A stretch of DNA of 64,000 nt. Origin: Octopus sinensis. Taxonomy: Eukaryota. Each line of letters opens with the position of its first letter. The stretch's first letter is position 1. The stretch spans positions 62,001 to 126,000 of the forward strand of contig NW_021832531.1 of the NCBI RefSeq assembly GCF_006345805.1. Direction: 5' to 3'. The position numbers and the translations under genes are program-made. Shown here piece by piece: positions 1 to 11,899 of this stretch. A model generated the notes under the pieces. The model did not search any database and was not told where the DNA came from. It was given only the letters and a program-made list of their open reading frames with translations.

Positions 1-899
1 GTCGGTGGGAGGCTCGGTTTGGTTCGAAGCTGCCCAACTCTCAATCTGTACAGCGCCAATGGGACGAAATCTCTTGTCAGGCAATCTTCGAAGGCCTGCT
101 TCCTGTCTCCAATCAACACCGTGTCGCTTGCCTCCGTGCAGGTCGCTGTGAAAGCAGCGGTGTCTGGTTAAAGGCTCTCCCTCTCCCTTCCATCGGGAAC
201 CTGTTGGACAAGGAATGCCTAAGAATTGCAATCTCCCTCCGTGTCGGGCTGAAAATCTGCCAGTCGCACAAATGCCGTTGTGGGGGAACTGTTGACGAGT
301 ACGGTTTGCATCCCCTCGCTTGCCGGCGGAGTGCCGGTCGTGCCCCCCGTCACAGTGAACTCAACTCAGTCGTACAGAGAGCCCTCGCCTCAGCAGGCAT
401 CCCGTCTATCCTTGAACCTGTTGGATTGGATAGAGGGGATGGCAAACGCCCTGACGGCATGTCCACCTTCCCCTACGAGCAGGGGAAATCCCTTATTTGG
501 GATTCTACCTGCTCGGACACGTTCTCGCTGGGAAATCTCGCGCTGTCCGCCGCCAATCCTGGGCACGCTTCCAGGCAGGCCGAGGAGCGAAAGATTCTCA
601 AGTACGGCCACCTGTCCAACTCGCTCCTCTTTACTCCAATTGCCTTGGAGTCCTCCGGGATCTTCGGTCCCAAGACACTCCGCTTCCTTCGCTCGATCGG
701 TCGACAGATTTCAAGGACTAGTCATGATCCAAGAGAGTTTTCTTGGCTCCTGGAACGTCTGTCGATTGCTGTGATCCGAGGGAACGTCTTCGCCATTCGC
801 GCGGCTGGTCGGGTGTCTCGTGAGGCCTTTAACTAACTTAGCTATCTGTAATTTTGTCTTGTTTGTATAAATTAAATTTAATTATAATAAAAAAAAAAA
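1..899 (+). mobile_element. 3' end of a CRE-clade (restriction-like endonuclease) non-LTR retrotransposon: ORF 3..836 open from the window start, short 3' UTR, poly(A) at about 889-899
   Basis: Frame 3 reads QRQWD...SGVWLKALPLPSIGNLLD...CRCGGTVDEYGLHPLAC (zinc knuckle)...RHSELN...RPDG...LIWDSTCSDT...FTPIALES...LERLSIAVIRGN (RLE domain). Ends in an 11-A tail. Visibly far more GC-rich than its flanks. Confidence 0.9.
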
Positions 900-1299
900 T
901 TTAATATAGGTAATACAAAATGTCATTTTCTTGTTTTTTAATAATTTGGGCGAGTAGCTCCATCAATTGATTCATAATCATGAGTGTAATAGCTATGAGA
1001 CTTTCCACAAAATTTCGGACTATTTTCTTTAAAATTGTGATATAGTTGAGTATCACACAGTTCAGACGAATTTCATCCATTTCAATGAATTCGACGCAGT
1101 AAAATCAATTTATACTAAGTCGAAATTTTGCGTTGGCGCGTAAATGTAAAAGTAAATGTAATTTATTATTCTGATATGATTACTACTATCAAGATAGAAT
1201 GTAATTTTTTACTTTTCTGGATTTTATTCGACATTTTAAAATAATCTTACTTAGAAATTTAGTTGAAATCTTATTCTTATTGTAGTAAAAACGTTTTTT

Positions 1300-2198
1300 A
1301 AAGGCGATGATACCTCCCGTAATCAATTCAATTATCTTACCGTAGAACCTAATATCGGGTTGTTGTTATGTTCCAATAGCTTTTTAACTATTTGATATTA
1401 CTAAACTTTAAAGTTAACGTTGGACACTTTTATTACCGAATTGTAAAAAGTTATTTCCTATACTTCCTAAACGTAAGTCTAGGAAGTATCCGAAATATAA
1501 AAACGACTCTTTTAGTTTTTTTAATCGCTAAATGTTGAAAATTGTGATTGATCGGTATTTAAATATGTTCAACAATATATTCCAGATACCGAAGGCACCT
1601 AAAAAAGTCCATATCAGAACAATATCAACAAGATTTTGAATATTGTTTTCAAGGTAGATCATAATGATCATTTTAGATTATTTAAAGCATGAACGTGATC
1701 CGAGACTTCGTAAATTTATGAAAACGTCGGAATACATGTTCCGACATTTAAATCGAGTCCTGAAACAAGAATCTGATCCATCGGTAATTGTGATTTTTTT
1801 ATTATTTTTAGTGTCTTTCAGATTCTTCAGAAGATAGTGTACATGGTGATTCCAAGCATTACAAAGAAATGTACGACGAAAGATTAAAAGATGATTCAAG
1901 TGTGGTTGAATATGAACACGTTGAACAAGTTGCGAATACTGAAAACAACAAATATGAATCATCTCTTTGGAATGCATTTCCTATAAAAAATACAAAGATT
2001 GAACCCAAAAAAACGCAATCTAAAAAAACGGTATTTGATTTTTTTAATTTGTTAGAACATTAAAAATACAAATAAATCTGAAAGAAAACAGATTCTCAAT
2101 AAAGCTCCAAATGGGAAATGTCGAAAAGTGTATGGAGCAGAAAACGTCATTTGTGGTGTAAACAATGTCAATGGAAAAAAACTTGTGCACGTTTCTAA
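1300..2198 (+). CDS. Spliced gene ending in a C-clamp domain (ZNF395/ZNF704/SLC2A4RG or TCF E-tail type); start uncertain
   Basis: 2116-2198 reads KCRKVYGAE(K)[17 protein letters not shown] after restoring one A to the A-run at about 2141-2144. Upstream exons join through 23-31 nt GT-AG introns. Confidence 0.6.
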
Positions 2199-2323
2199 TA
2201 ATCAATCAACTTTTTTAATTTTAATAATAAAATTGTATGGTATGTGTTTGTGTGTGTGCACCAACTTCAAATTGGCAAAGTACAGATAAATTGTCAAAAT
2301 CATTTTTCATTATAATTGTCAAA

Positions 2324-2374
2324 ATAACTTTCCCCTTCGAAAATGGCAAGTCCCTCATATGGGACGCAACTTTT
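2324..2374 (+). mobile_element. Short fragment of a second, diverged CRE-like RLE domain
   Basis: ITFPFENGKSLIWDAT versus STFPYEQGKSLIWDST in the element at 1-899: 12 of 16 residues identical, with most third codon positions different. Confidence 0.75.
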
Positions 2375-2970
2375 GGGAGGTCTCTTGTAAATAAATTGAA
2401 CAGGATTGGTGATAAGGGGGATCCTTCTGGGACCCCGTTTGGGAGGTATCGGTTATTCATTATAACCTGTCCACTTCTGCCATTAAGGAAGTTCGCCAAC
2501 CATATCTTGATCTTCGGATGGATACCGATGGAGAGAATTTTTGATGTTAAAGTTTTCCTCGGTACTGAATCGAATGTTTTTTCGATATTTAGAGCGACTA
2601 ACACCGTTCTTTGATGTGGTTTTGAGTAGTTCAGTCCATCTGAGATGAACTGAGTCAACTTCGTAAGATATGTAGAAGTTGAACGGTCTCTCCTGAATCC
2701 ATGTTGAAAACTGGGTAATTCTAAAGAAAGAGTAGTTTTGTTGAGAATTAACTTTTCCTTGAATTGATACAGGACCATAACTCCGTGGATCGTTCAGAGA
2801 TTTGTCCTTTCGGGTGTATGAGTGATTTTTTCCATAATGACGGAATTTCATTTTTGTTTACTGAGTAATTAAAAACTTGGGTAAGGGCTTCGATTCCCAC
2901 CGGCCCCAAGTGTTTTAATTCATCAATTGAAATATCGTCAGCTCCTCTTGACCTTGTATTTTTCATTTAT
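2375..2970 (-). mobile_element. Degenerate reverse transcriptase fragment of an APE-type non-LTR retrotransposon (Jockey/I/L2-like), truncated at both ends
   Basis: GADDISIDELKHL...IPSLWK; SFQHGFRRDRST; VALNIEKTFDSV; GVPEGSPLSPILFNLFTRDLP, spread over three frames. Confidence 0.85.
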
Positions 2971-3580
2971 TTAATTACATTAATTACATCTAAGTGTTTG
3001 AAGTATTCATTGTATTGATATCTTTTCTTCTTGTGTTTTGGTTCATGTTCCATTTTCAAATACGGTTTGTGGCTTATGCTAACATAAAATTTCATTAGTG
3101 TTAAGCCCGCTAGGAACAAACATGCACGTAGCAACCCTAAACGCAATTCTTTTTGTTAAATTAACATTTTGTTTTATAGGGAATAACAAAAATTGATCCG
3201 ATCGTCACGGTAGCATCGTATAAAATTAGAATTCTCGTTTGCAGACTCTAAATCAAATGACTGAGATTATTAGTTTAACAAAAAACTGGTTTCTGATGGT
3301 CGCAAAATATTGCTCCAAGTCTTTTCCGCTGAAACAAACGCGAACAAAAAACCTTTCGAACATCTTAAGTATTTTGTAATTTTAATTCCGAGACGTTGCA
3401 TGTAAGCAAGTGTTTTCCCGAATAAAAGTTTTGACATCTCAGCAGAAGACATGGAAACAAGTTTACTGTCTCCTTAGTCTAAAGCTTCAGCTTAGTTGAA
3501 ATCCTACAGAATGCAACATGGCCAAAATAATACAAAGAGAAATTTTAAAACAAAATATATCTTTATGAATGTAAATTATG

Positions 3581-4449
3581 TTATAGTTGAATATCATTTT
3601 TGATCATTTCTTGGTAACTAGATTGTTGGGTAGAATTGGAGACAGAAAAGCTAACTGAGATGGTAATACGTCTCATTTCCGAAACGAAAGTAAGACTAAA
3701 TCCAATTAATAAAAACAAAGTCATGATTTCACAAAATGCTGCAAAAGACCAAAATTTTATGTTCTAAAAATAAATTGATAAAAAATAGAAACCTTAATTC
3801 CATTAATATCGACCGTCGATGTTCCAGCAAAAGCTAAAATGTACATAATATGCTTACTTATGATACTTCCAAAAATAGTCAAAATTGTCAGCACAATCCT
3901 CAAGGTTGTCACCCTGGCATCCTGACAAGACGCCTTTCCCAAAAACGTTTGCGAAATGCAGTAAGTGGGTTGACTGACAAAGACCATAATTGAGGCCATG
4001 TAATGCCCAGTCATAAAACTAGACTAAAGACTGAGGAAACAACAACAACTTTAAAATTCGCAATCAGGAAAGATCCAATGGATATAATAAGGCCGACAAT
4101 AAATGCAAGTTTGTTAATATTGTGAACTAGTTGGTTATTCTTAGCAATTCTACTCTTTACGTAGATGTAACGAACAAAAAATATAAAAACACCTAAATTA
4201 AAAATTCAATTCCAACTTATTATGGAAATTATTATGAGAGAAATTGAGAAAGAATGCCTTGAAAGCCACTGTCTGTTACTTCACTACAATTTTAATGCAA
4301 GTTTAGCACCTTAAATATGGAAAATATCCATTCCAGTTCTTAGTAGTTGAATAGATCACTGTTATTGATGTGATTAAGATCACAAAAACCGAGAAAGGGC
4401 AGAAATAAAACTTGGAGGTTGAAAGTGAATGTAGATTGTAATTCGTCAT
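3581..4449 (-). CDS. DRAM/TMEM150 (Frag1/DRAM/Sfk1) family membrane protein, spliced
   Basis: Spliced product includes YFPYLSE; VFIFFVRYIYVK...NKLAFIVGLIISIGSFLIANFK; AAFCEIMTLFLLIGFSLTFVSEMRRITIS. One apparent 1-bp slip near 4235. Confidence 0.75.
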
Positions 4450-4574
4450 AAAAGGAAGGAAAGAATAAACAAATCAAAAATGTAAAAATTTATGTTTATT
4501 ATAAAATTTTAAATGTTTATTATAAAATTTTAAATAAATTTAAATAAAATTAATGGAAATTGACCGAGATGATA

Positions 4575-4769
4575 TTATTTTGGTTGTCCTGATCTTGGCT
4601 TATTTTTGGTAGTTTTAAATAATTTCCATTTATTGATAATGTTCCATACTATACTCTTCGGAATATGAACACTTTCGGAAATTTTTCGGATTGAGTTTCC
4701 TGCATTATATTCAAGAAGTATAAGTTTTTTTATTTTTTCTGAATGTTCCTTTTGCTTAAGCATGTACAA
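4575..4769 (-). mobile_element. Tc1 transposase N-terminal HTH remnant
   Basis: KEHSEKIKKLILLEYNAGNSIRKISESVHIPKSIVWNIINKWK...KPRSGQPK, a typical paired-like HTH followed by a GRPR-like motif. No catalytic domain or TIRs found. Confidence 0.75.
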
Positions 4770-4960
4770 AATACGAATTAATCCGGAATTAGTATAATTT
4801 CGTTGATCGATATGTAGATGAATTCAATTATTTTATCAAAAAGTAAATAAATAACTAACTGTCCCAAGACTAATTGGAACATGATATTCTATCTGTTGGA
4901 AATAAATGTGAAATTTTTCTATAAATAAAACGAATTTTGTAATTTTTTTATGATCTAGGA

Positions 4961-5740
4961 CAGGGGTGTCAAACATGCGGCCCGCGAGCATTTGTTGAGA
5001 TCGGAAATAATTTTATTTATGGAGATGAAAGGGAAAAACACAGACGAAATGAAAAGCCAATCTTGGATCAGGAGTACTGTTGATGCACATAATGTAATGA
5101 ATTTTTCTCAGTATGAAAAACAACTAGAATCGTTGTTAAAGGAATTTCAAGAAAGATTTAATGATTTTTGGTCTTTTGAACAACAATTTTCATTATTCGC
5201 ATCACCATTCTCTTTTAATGTTTCCAATGCAGATGAAAGTTTACAAATGGAACTATTCTAAATCCAATCAGATTCTATACTTTAAGCTAAATATTTGGAG
5301 GTTGGAATACCTGCTTTCTTTTCATATCTTTCTGGAAAGTTTAAAAACTTTAAAAAGTTTGCAACAAAAATCATTGCTATGTTTGGTTTGACATATGTGT
5401 GTGAACAGCTTTTTTCATTTATGAAAAGCACAAAAACTGCTCAAAGAACAGGACTAACTGATGAAAATTTACTCTCTTTAATAAAAGTCGTAACTACACG
5501 AATAGCTCAGCTTGACATATCAAAAATTGTATCTAAAAAAAGATGCCAATCCTCTGGAAGCAGCTCTCACCAAAATTAAGGGGCGATGATTGAATAATTT
5601 AGTTTCTCTTATTTTGGTTATTCATCATAATAAATATCAAAACTAATATTCCCTTAATAAGAAATTATTATAAATGCGGCCCTCGAAGCGAAATTGTTAC
5701 AAAATGCGGCACTCAAAGCGAAATGAGTTTGACACCCCTG
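4961..5740 (+). mobile_element. Non-autonomous Buster-type hAT deletion derivative, family 1 (780 bp)
   Basis: TIR CAGGGGTGTCAAAC / GTTTGACACCCCTG. Perfect 8-bp TSD ATCTAGGA (4953-4960, 5741-5748). C-terminal dimerisation remnant MFGLTYVCEQLFSFMK. Confidence 0.95.
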
Positions 5741-6796
5741 ATCTAGGATGTATAGAAAACTAGGAGCACTATTATACTATTGGGAAAAATTAAATAAAAA
5801 CAGCTATGTTAACGAAAATAAAATTTCATTAAAAATAAACAAGTGTCTCAAGACTACCCACACATTCTCAAAAGCAGCCTCAGGATGCAAATTGGAATAT
5901 GACAACAGAGCGGTAACGTGAAGAGGGTAGTACTGTATCTGTATTGGAACGAAGAAAAGTGGCTATACTGCTATCTACTCAGGAAAAAATTAGCCCGATT
6001 GATTGAAACACGTGTAGATATTCTTTTTGAAAATACGAAAGAACTGGATGAACTAGAACTAGTTCAAACAATGGTTTTTTAATATTTTAAGCCAGGTTGT
6101 AATTTCAAATCAAAATGAAATATACAAACGCGACTTCATTTTTGAAAGTGTTTTGTCTTTCTGAAAACAAGCATAGTACACATTTTGGAAGTTTTGGTCA
6201 GCTATTACAGATATGTTTTTAATTTATTTTTTAAATTTATAAACTCGTACTGGTAAGCGTCAGGAAGAAGTATTACAAATATTATATTTTGAAATTCTTT
6301 TCTATTGACTTTTTCATTAACCATGCAAAATATTTTTCTTAAAATGAATAAAAAAATCAATTTAAAAATTAAAAAATAATTTTAAAATGAATAATTTATC
6401 ACAAACTTGCTCTATTTATGGACAAATTGAACTACTCGACACAATGTGTGTCTATTCGGGGATTTGTATATCCTTAGTTTTCCAATCTTTGTCCCCGGCA
6501 GTGCTTCCAAGAACTTGACAGTCTTTCCTTGCTTTGATTAGGTTGCTGAGGCCTTAAAAGAAAGAGTTTTTGAATTTTTTTAGTTTTTTTGACAGTTAAA
6601 TAGACATTCATTTTTATTAAAATTGAACAGTAAAAATAGACTATGTTCTAATTATAACTATAAATGAGATATGTTTCTAATATATTTATTATATATTTTC
6701 TTCAAAACTATTAATTTTTTTATTTATAAAAATTAATAATAAAACGTGTGAAACCATTCTAGTGTTAGAATTATCGGCTTACATAATAGTTGATTC

Positions 6797-7289
6797 ATGA
6801 ATGAAGAAAAATTAAAAAAACTACAGAACTGTGTCAGAATAGGCGGAAAAGTACTTTATTTCACCCCATTAATCAGGGGACTGTAAGAAGGAAGAAGAAA
6901 GTAGTCCAAAGAGCTCCCGTCGATGACAAAAAAATACAGACAATAACCAAAAAACTCGGATTATCCTCATTTCCAGGGATCTCTCAGGTCCCCACCTGCT
7001 TTATTTGTAGATTGAGTTTATCCACGATGACGGGACAGTCACGTGTATGTCCAATGCCAAGCTTCACACCTCCAAGACGACCAACAGTTTTGCCGCCACA
7101 GGAAATTTGGAGACCAAAAATATTTCAGAAATGTTGCCCGACCTCCTCAAGAATTTGGGAGGAGAAATGGAGGGAAAAAAATGTTCATTTTTTCTTTATA
7201 AGCCAGCTGACGACGAGGATGATGAAATACCCGATCTTGAACAGAATTTTGAGGAGGCTGCCGAAAACCCACCTCAGACTGCATTATAG
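6797..7289 (+). CDS. BTF3: NAC beta subunit / BTF3
   Basis: MNEEKLKKLQNCVRIGGK|GTVRRKKKVV...DDKKIQ...KKLG...|IEFIHDDGTV...NSFAATG...EMLP...DDEIPDLEQNFEEAA. Introns of 26 and 23 nt. Confidence 0.93.
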
Positions 7290-7362
7290 TACTTTCTGGA
7301 CATTCTTGTTATTTTAATTATGGAAACATTTATTAATTTATTTAAATAATTATAATAAAATG

Positions 7363-7635
7363 TTAAGGAGTGTCTAGTGGTATTTCTAGTGTGTGTACGT
7401 CGTTTGTGCGTATTGTAGCGAATGGTATTGTGCCGATAGGGGAATGTAGGCCTTGGACGTGGAATAAGGAGGATTCTGCGTTCATGGCCAGGATTTTATC
7501 AGCTTTTATGATGTTGTTGTCAAAAAGTGTGATTTCGACTGGCTTTCCGGACAGCCAGTTTATAGAATGTAAAAATTTTAATCTTTTAATTCCTGATGAT
7601 TCTTTAGTTGTTGAATTTTTATTGATTTCGTTCAT
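7363..7635 (-). CDS. GEMIN7: Gemin7 (SMN complex), single exon, convergent with BTF3
   Basis: RLKFLHSI...GKPVEITLF...FHVQGLHSPIGTIPFATIRTNDV matches the Gemin7 Sm-like fold motif (LQTPIG...ALLRCSDI). Confidence 0.85.
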   Translation of the reverse strand: MNEINKNSTTKESSGIKRLKFLHSINWLSGKPVEITLFDNNIIKADKILAMNAESSLFHVQGLHSPIGTIPFATIRTNDVHTLEIPLDTP

Positions 7636-8134
7636 TTATGTGATACCTCACAAACAGCGAAATGAATTTTGAATTTATTTTATATTTATAAAATAAAAAA
7701 TTAATTTATAACAACAAAGATTATTAATCAACATAGCTGACTTTTTAAAGATATAGATAACATCAGAATTGTACTTAACCACTCTCCTGTAGTATTCGGA
7801 TAGTGGTTTTTGAAAATGAAAAATGACCTAAAGAATGTTGGATTGCTACTGCACACGATCTAGACAGCCTTAGAAAAATCGCAAACTCAAAAAGAGATGT
7901 CTAACAGACAAGATTGGCATAAGCTACGGGAGGATTATGACTTTCTTATTGTCGCGGATGTGCTACTAATAATAAATCTCTAAATAAACCGAGAAATAAC
8001 GTGCAGCAGAATTAATGACAGAATACATTGAATGAATGTATTCATTAACGTAATTGTGATATAATTGAATCGCAAAAACATTGACTTTAAATTAAGGTTA
8101 CTTTATATAAATCGATTCTGTTGTTACTTTAAGC

Positions 8135-9560
8135 CAGTGGTTCTCAAACTTTTTTTCCTTGCGTACCCCTTGCCATCTAAATAATTTTTCGCGTACCCCT
8201 TATCGATTTTTAAAAAATTAAGGAAAAAAAATATTTAATTAATGAGATGGATGGTGTTGTTTATCAATCACTAATCTATCGATTTCTGGATCCTTTGACG
8301 AAAGACACACCCGAATATCATGAACAACATTCAGCCTCGCACGATGAACTGATTTTAAATTAAACAACGATGAAAATCCTTGTTCGCAGAGATATGTAGT
8401 CGGAAACAAAAGCAAAAAATCGATTATATAAAATCCAATATTGTGATATTTTGATGTCATTTTACACCAAAATTCAATTAATGGTGCAGATTCAAATAAG
8501 ATTTTTGACTCGTAAGAATTTATTAATTCAATAACTTTTCTTGAATATTTGAAGGCAAAACATTAACTTTTACGGAAAAAGGATTGACAAAAAACTTAAG
8601 ATCTACTTCATTAATTTCAGGTATATATTTTTCAATTTCATTCTTCAATCCAAGTAAATGGGAAGTTATTTGATGTTTTAAATTTTCTATTTCATTTAAT
8701 TTTAGATGGAAAATGTTTTCATTCAACTTATCAACATAGTAAAATTAGAATTTGTTGTATTATCTATCCACAGTTGGAGCTTCATACGAAAAGACCTACA
8801 ATATTGCATTATTTCGTAAAAAACCTTGTTTTTTCTAAAAAGTCAACAATGGTAACTCCCTTAGTTTGTACCGATAAATTCAAAGCATTAATTCGCGAAA
8901 AAATGTCCGTTAAATAAGATTCTTCTATTGACGGTATCATTTGAACATGGAATTTTTCGAACAATATGCTCCAATTTATTGCCAGGGAAACATTCAAACA
9001 TGTCCTTAATGCACGGTATAATAAGATTCTCGGCAATTGTATGTGGTTTTTTGGCTTTTGCGATCCGATATGAAATCATGTAAGAGAGTTTTGATAGTAA
9101 AAATTAATGTCAAAATTGAAAGAATCGTCTATTTTCCGAATATTATCTTTTTTGTTCTTAAAAAAGTCATTTGGTTTTCCGATAGTTTCGAAATGATTAG
9201 AAACTTGATGCCGAGAAAGTAATGAAGGTTTCATGGATTCAGGGCAAAGAATCTTTTGGCAAATAATACACTGCGGATGTGGCACACCGTTTTTAATCAC
9301 AAAATAAAATCCATAGTTGAGATAACTATCGTTGTATTTTCGAATCTTGTTAACAGGTAAACTCATAAGAAAAACTAGTAGCGTGGAGATTTATTTTATT
9401 ATTAATTATTTAATTTAATTATGATTTTTATTATAATTAGAATTAATAACTTTTTTATGTTGAAACGAAAATTAAATAGATTTTCAAAAAATTTTCGCGT
9501 ACCCCCTACAGAATTTCGCGTACCCCTAGGGGTACGCGTATCCCAGTTTGAGAACCACTG
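8135..9560 (-). mobile_element. Internally deleted Buster-type hAT, family 2 (1426 bp; ZBED5/SCAND3-like transposase remnants)
   Basis: 16-bp TIR CAGTGGTTCTCAAACT. Perfect TSD CTTTAAGC (8127-8134, 9561-9568). Remnants RKYNDSYLNYGF...PQCIICQKIL...SMKPSLLSRH; AKAKKPHTIAENLI; FPTTYLCEQGFS. Confidence 0.95.
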
Positions 9561-11899
9561 CTTTAAGCCATCAAATTGGCATTTTTGTTACTTAAAATCT
9601 TCACTTAATCTATAATTTGTCATTCTGTAAGAAAGTCTTTTAGTGTTAGTATTCCTTAAAAATCCCCAACATATTTAGTGATTAGAGACCATCTTTTTTG
9701 ATATTTGTGACTCAATGTCACAATGAGGGGAAACTAAATGACTGACAACTCACAAGATATTAGATAACCAAGAATACTGCAAACAATCTCTAATTTCGTT
9801 TGTGATTATATCCTGTCCAGAAAACTCAATTGGTATGTTTGATGACTGTTTTATATAATCAAATTTACTACCAAATAAACTTTTTATTTTAAAAATAAGT
9901 GCTATATGGGTCAGCAAAAAAGAGGTAAAGAAATGCATTTATTGCTTAAAAATATGATTCTTAATTAAAGATTGAAAGTTAATCCATTAATCTCAAAATT
10001 TTTACCGTGTTTCTTTTTTTTCAAAAATATTACATTTAACACAATTTCTTAAAGTCGAATATTTTCTGATTGTTTCTTAGAATATAATAATCTAGCAATA
10101 TTTTATGCTTGCAATACAATACCAATATGTAACCAAGAAACATCTTGTTGAGACTAATCATCTCTTTGAGACTTTTGCATGAATGATTATACAAACATTG
10201 TTGTGGTTAAATTAAAATAATCTTATTAAATATTTGTTTAATTCATGAAAATGTAATTCTGTTCGATTAAAATAAAGATAATTGTGGTTATTTAAATTTT
10301 AAACAAGGATTCTGAAATTTTCGAATTATTTATTTGGTAAATGCTGTAATTTTGTTACCAATTATTTGTAAAACTAGTACAAATTTTATTCGTTTTATAT
10401 CATGAATGTTGCCACAATTGAACGCAGGAGAGACTCAAGGAAACCGAGGTGGAAAGGTGGAAATGGAAATAAATACAATCTTTTGGCTGGAGAACTAAAA
10501 ATTCTTTATGGGGCTTCGACACGCCTGTTTGAACGAAAAGTATTCAAATCACCTGCTTAAAATTGTCTAGGAAATTTTGACAGGCAAATATGGAAAGGAT
10601 TTAAAGTTAATTTACGATCTGATGGACCAGGAAGGAGTACTATTGTCTCTACACTATGATTTGACAGTATTTAATTGATAAAAATATTAAGGTCCCTTAT
10701 TTGGCTTCAAGAAAAATTCAGAACATGAAGAAATATCACATTGGGAAAGTGTACAGGAAAGATAATCCTGCAATAGCTCGTGGACGGTTTAGGGAATTTA
10801 TGCAATGTGTAAGTTATGTGTAAAATCTATCCTTTTAAAGGATTTTGACATTGCTGGAAATTATTCTAATATGCTGCCTGGTGCGGAAATATTGAGATTT
10901 ACGAGATTTTCAAGTCCTTGGATTTATCCGATTTTTGGATTAAGGTAACGAATATGTTTATTTGGGTTTTTATATTTTTCTGTGTATTAAACAATTTCCA
11001 ATTTGTTATTGTTGATAAAAACAAATTTAATGGTAAAATTTCAGTATTATGCGAATTAATATTTTTAATACTGATATTTGCAACTGATTATATGATTTAT
11101 AGATAAACAGCAGAAAACTGTTGGATGGACTATTAGAGTCGTTAAATTCTCCTTCGGATAAATTCACTACAATTTGTTTGTCTGTCGATAAATTAGATAA
11201 AGTGACGTTATTTTAATAATTATTTAAGGGTATTATTTAAGTTCAATTTTTAAATTTTCGATCTAATATTCAAAAAATTTTCATTAATTCATTTAGTGGA
11301 CTATTTTCGTGCAGGATGAAATGCAAAAGTACCTTATTAAGGTCCCGTGGAGTGAAGTTGAAGCTGAGTTGCTCCAAGTTAAAAATAGACAAATTCGTAG
11401 TGGAAAACTTAAAAAATACGTTTAACTCAATGGTTTGTTTATAAGACGATTTTATAATTTATTGCAACGTTTAATTAAACTAGGAGGAAAGGAGTTGGTT
11501 GCAAAACTAATGATGGATAATAATCTCATAAACTGCTCGAGTTGCTTTCGATGAAATGAACATTCTATTTGATTACTGTGAGTCTTTTGGAATAGTCGAA
11601 AAGGTATAATGCATAAAAAATACTTAAAATAGTTAAATTTTGATTTGAGCCTTGCTTGAGGATTGGATTACCACACGGGGCTGATTTTTGAAGTTCAATT
11701 TTTGGGTTTGAGTTTTTGGATGACGTAATTTTTCACAGATAGTGGAGACGAGTTTTCGGTAGGAAGTGTAGCTGGAGGTGGCCGTTATGACAATTTAGTC
11801 AACATGTTTCAAGAGGATGATACCAAGATTCCATGTGTTGGTTTTTCTGTTGGAGTCGAACGTCTCTTCGCATTTTGTGAAAACAAATTAAAAGTTTGT

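Noticed and set aside
899-930. Spliced-leader RNA, rDNA or telomeric target site at the CRE 3' junction
   Set aside because: The flank is ordinary AT-rich sequence with no recognisable RNA gene or repeat.
2990-10200. Short coding-like stretches at about 3000-3500, 5850-6250, 6430-6560, 7800-8100 and 9570-9940
   Set aside because: Probably exons of unidentified or decayed genes, but no consistent gene model or family could be supported.
11424-11659. Alternative genetic code (TAA/TGA read-through) suggested by in-frame stops in HARS
   Set aside because: All other genes, including about 4200 codons of dynein, splice to stop-free frames and end in TAA, TAG or TGA. The stops are confined to a copy with other lesions.
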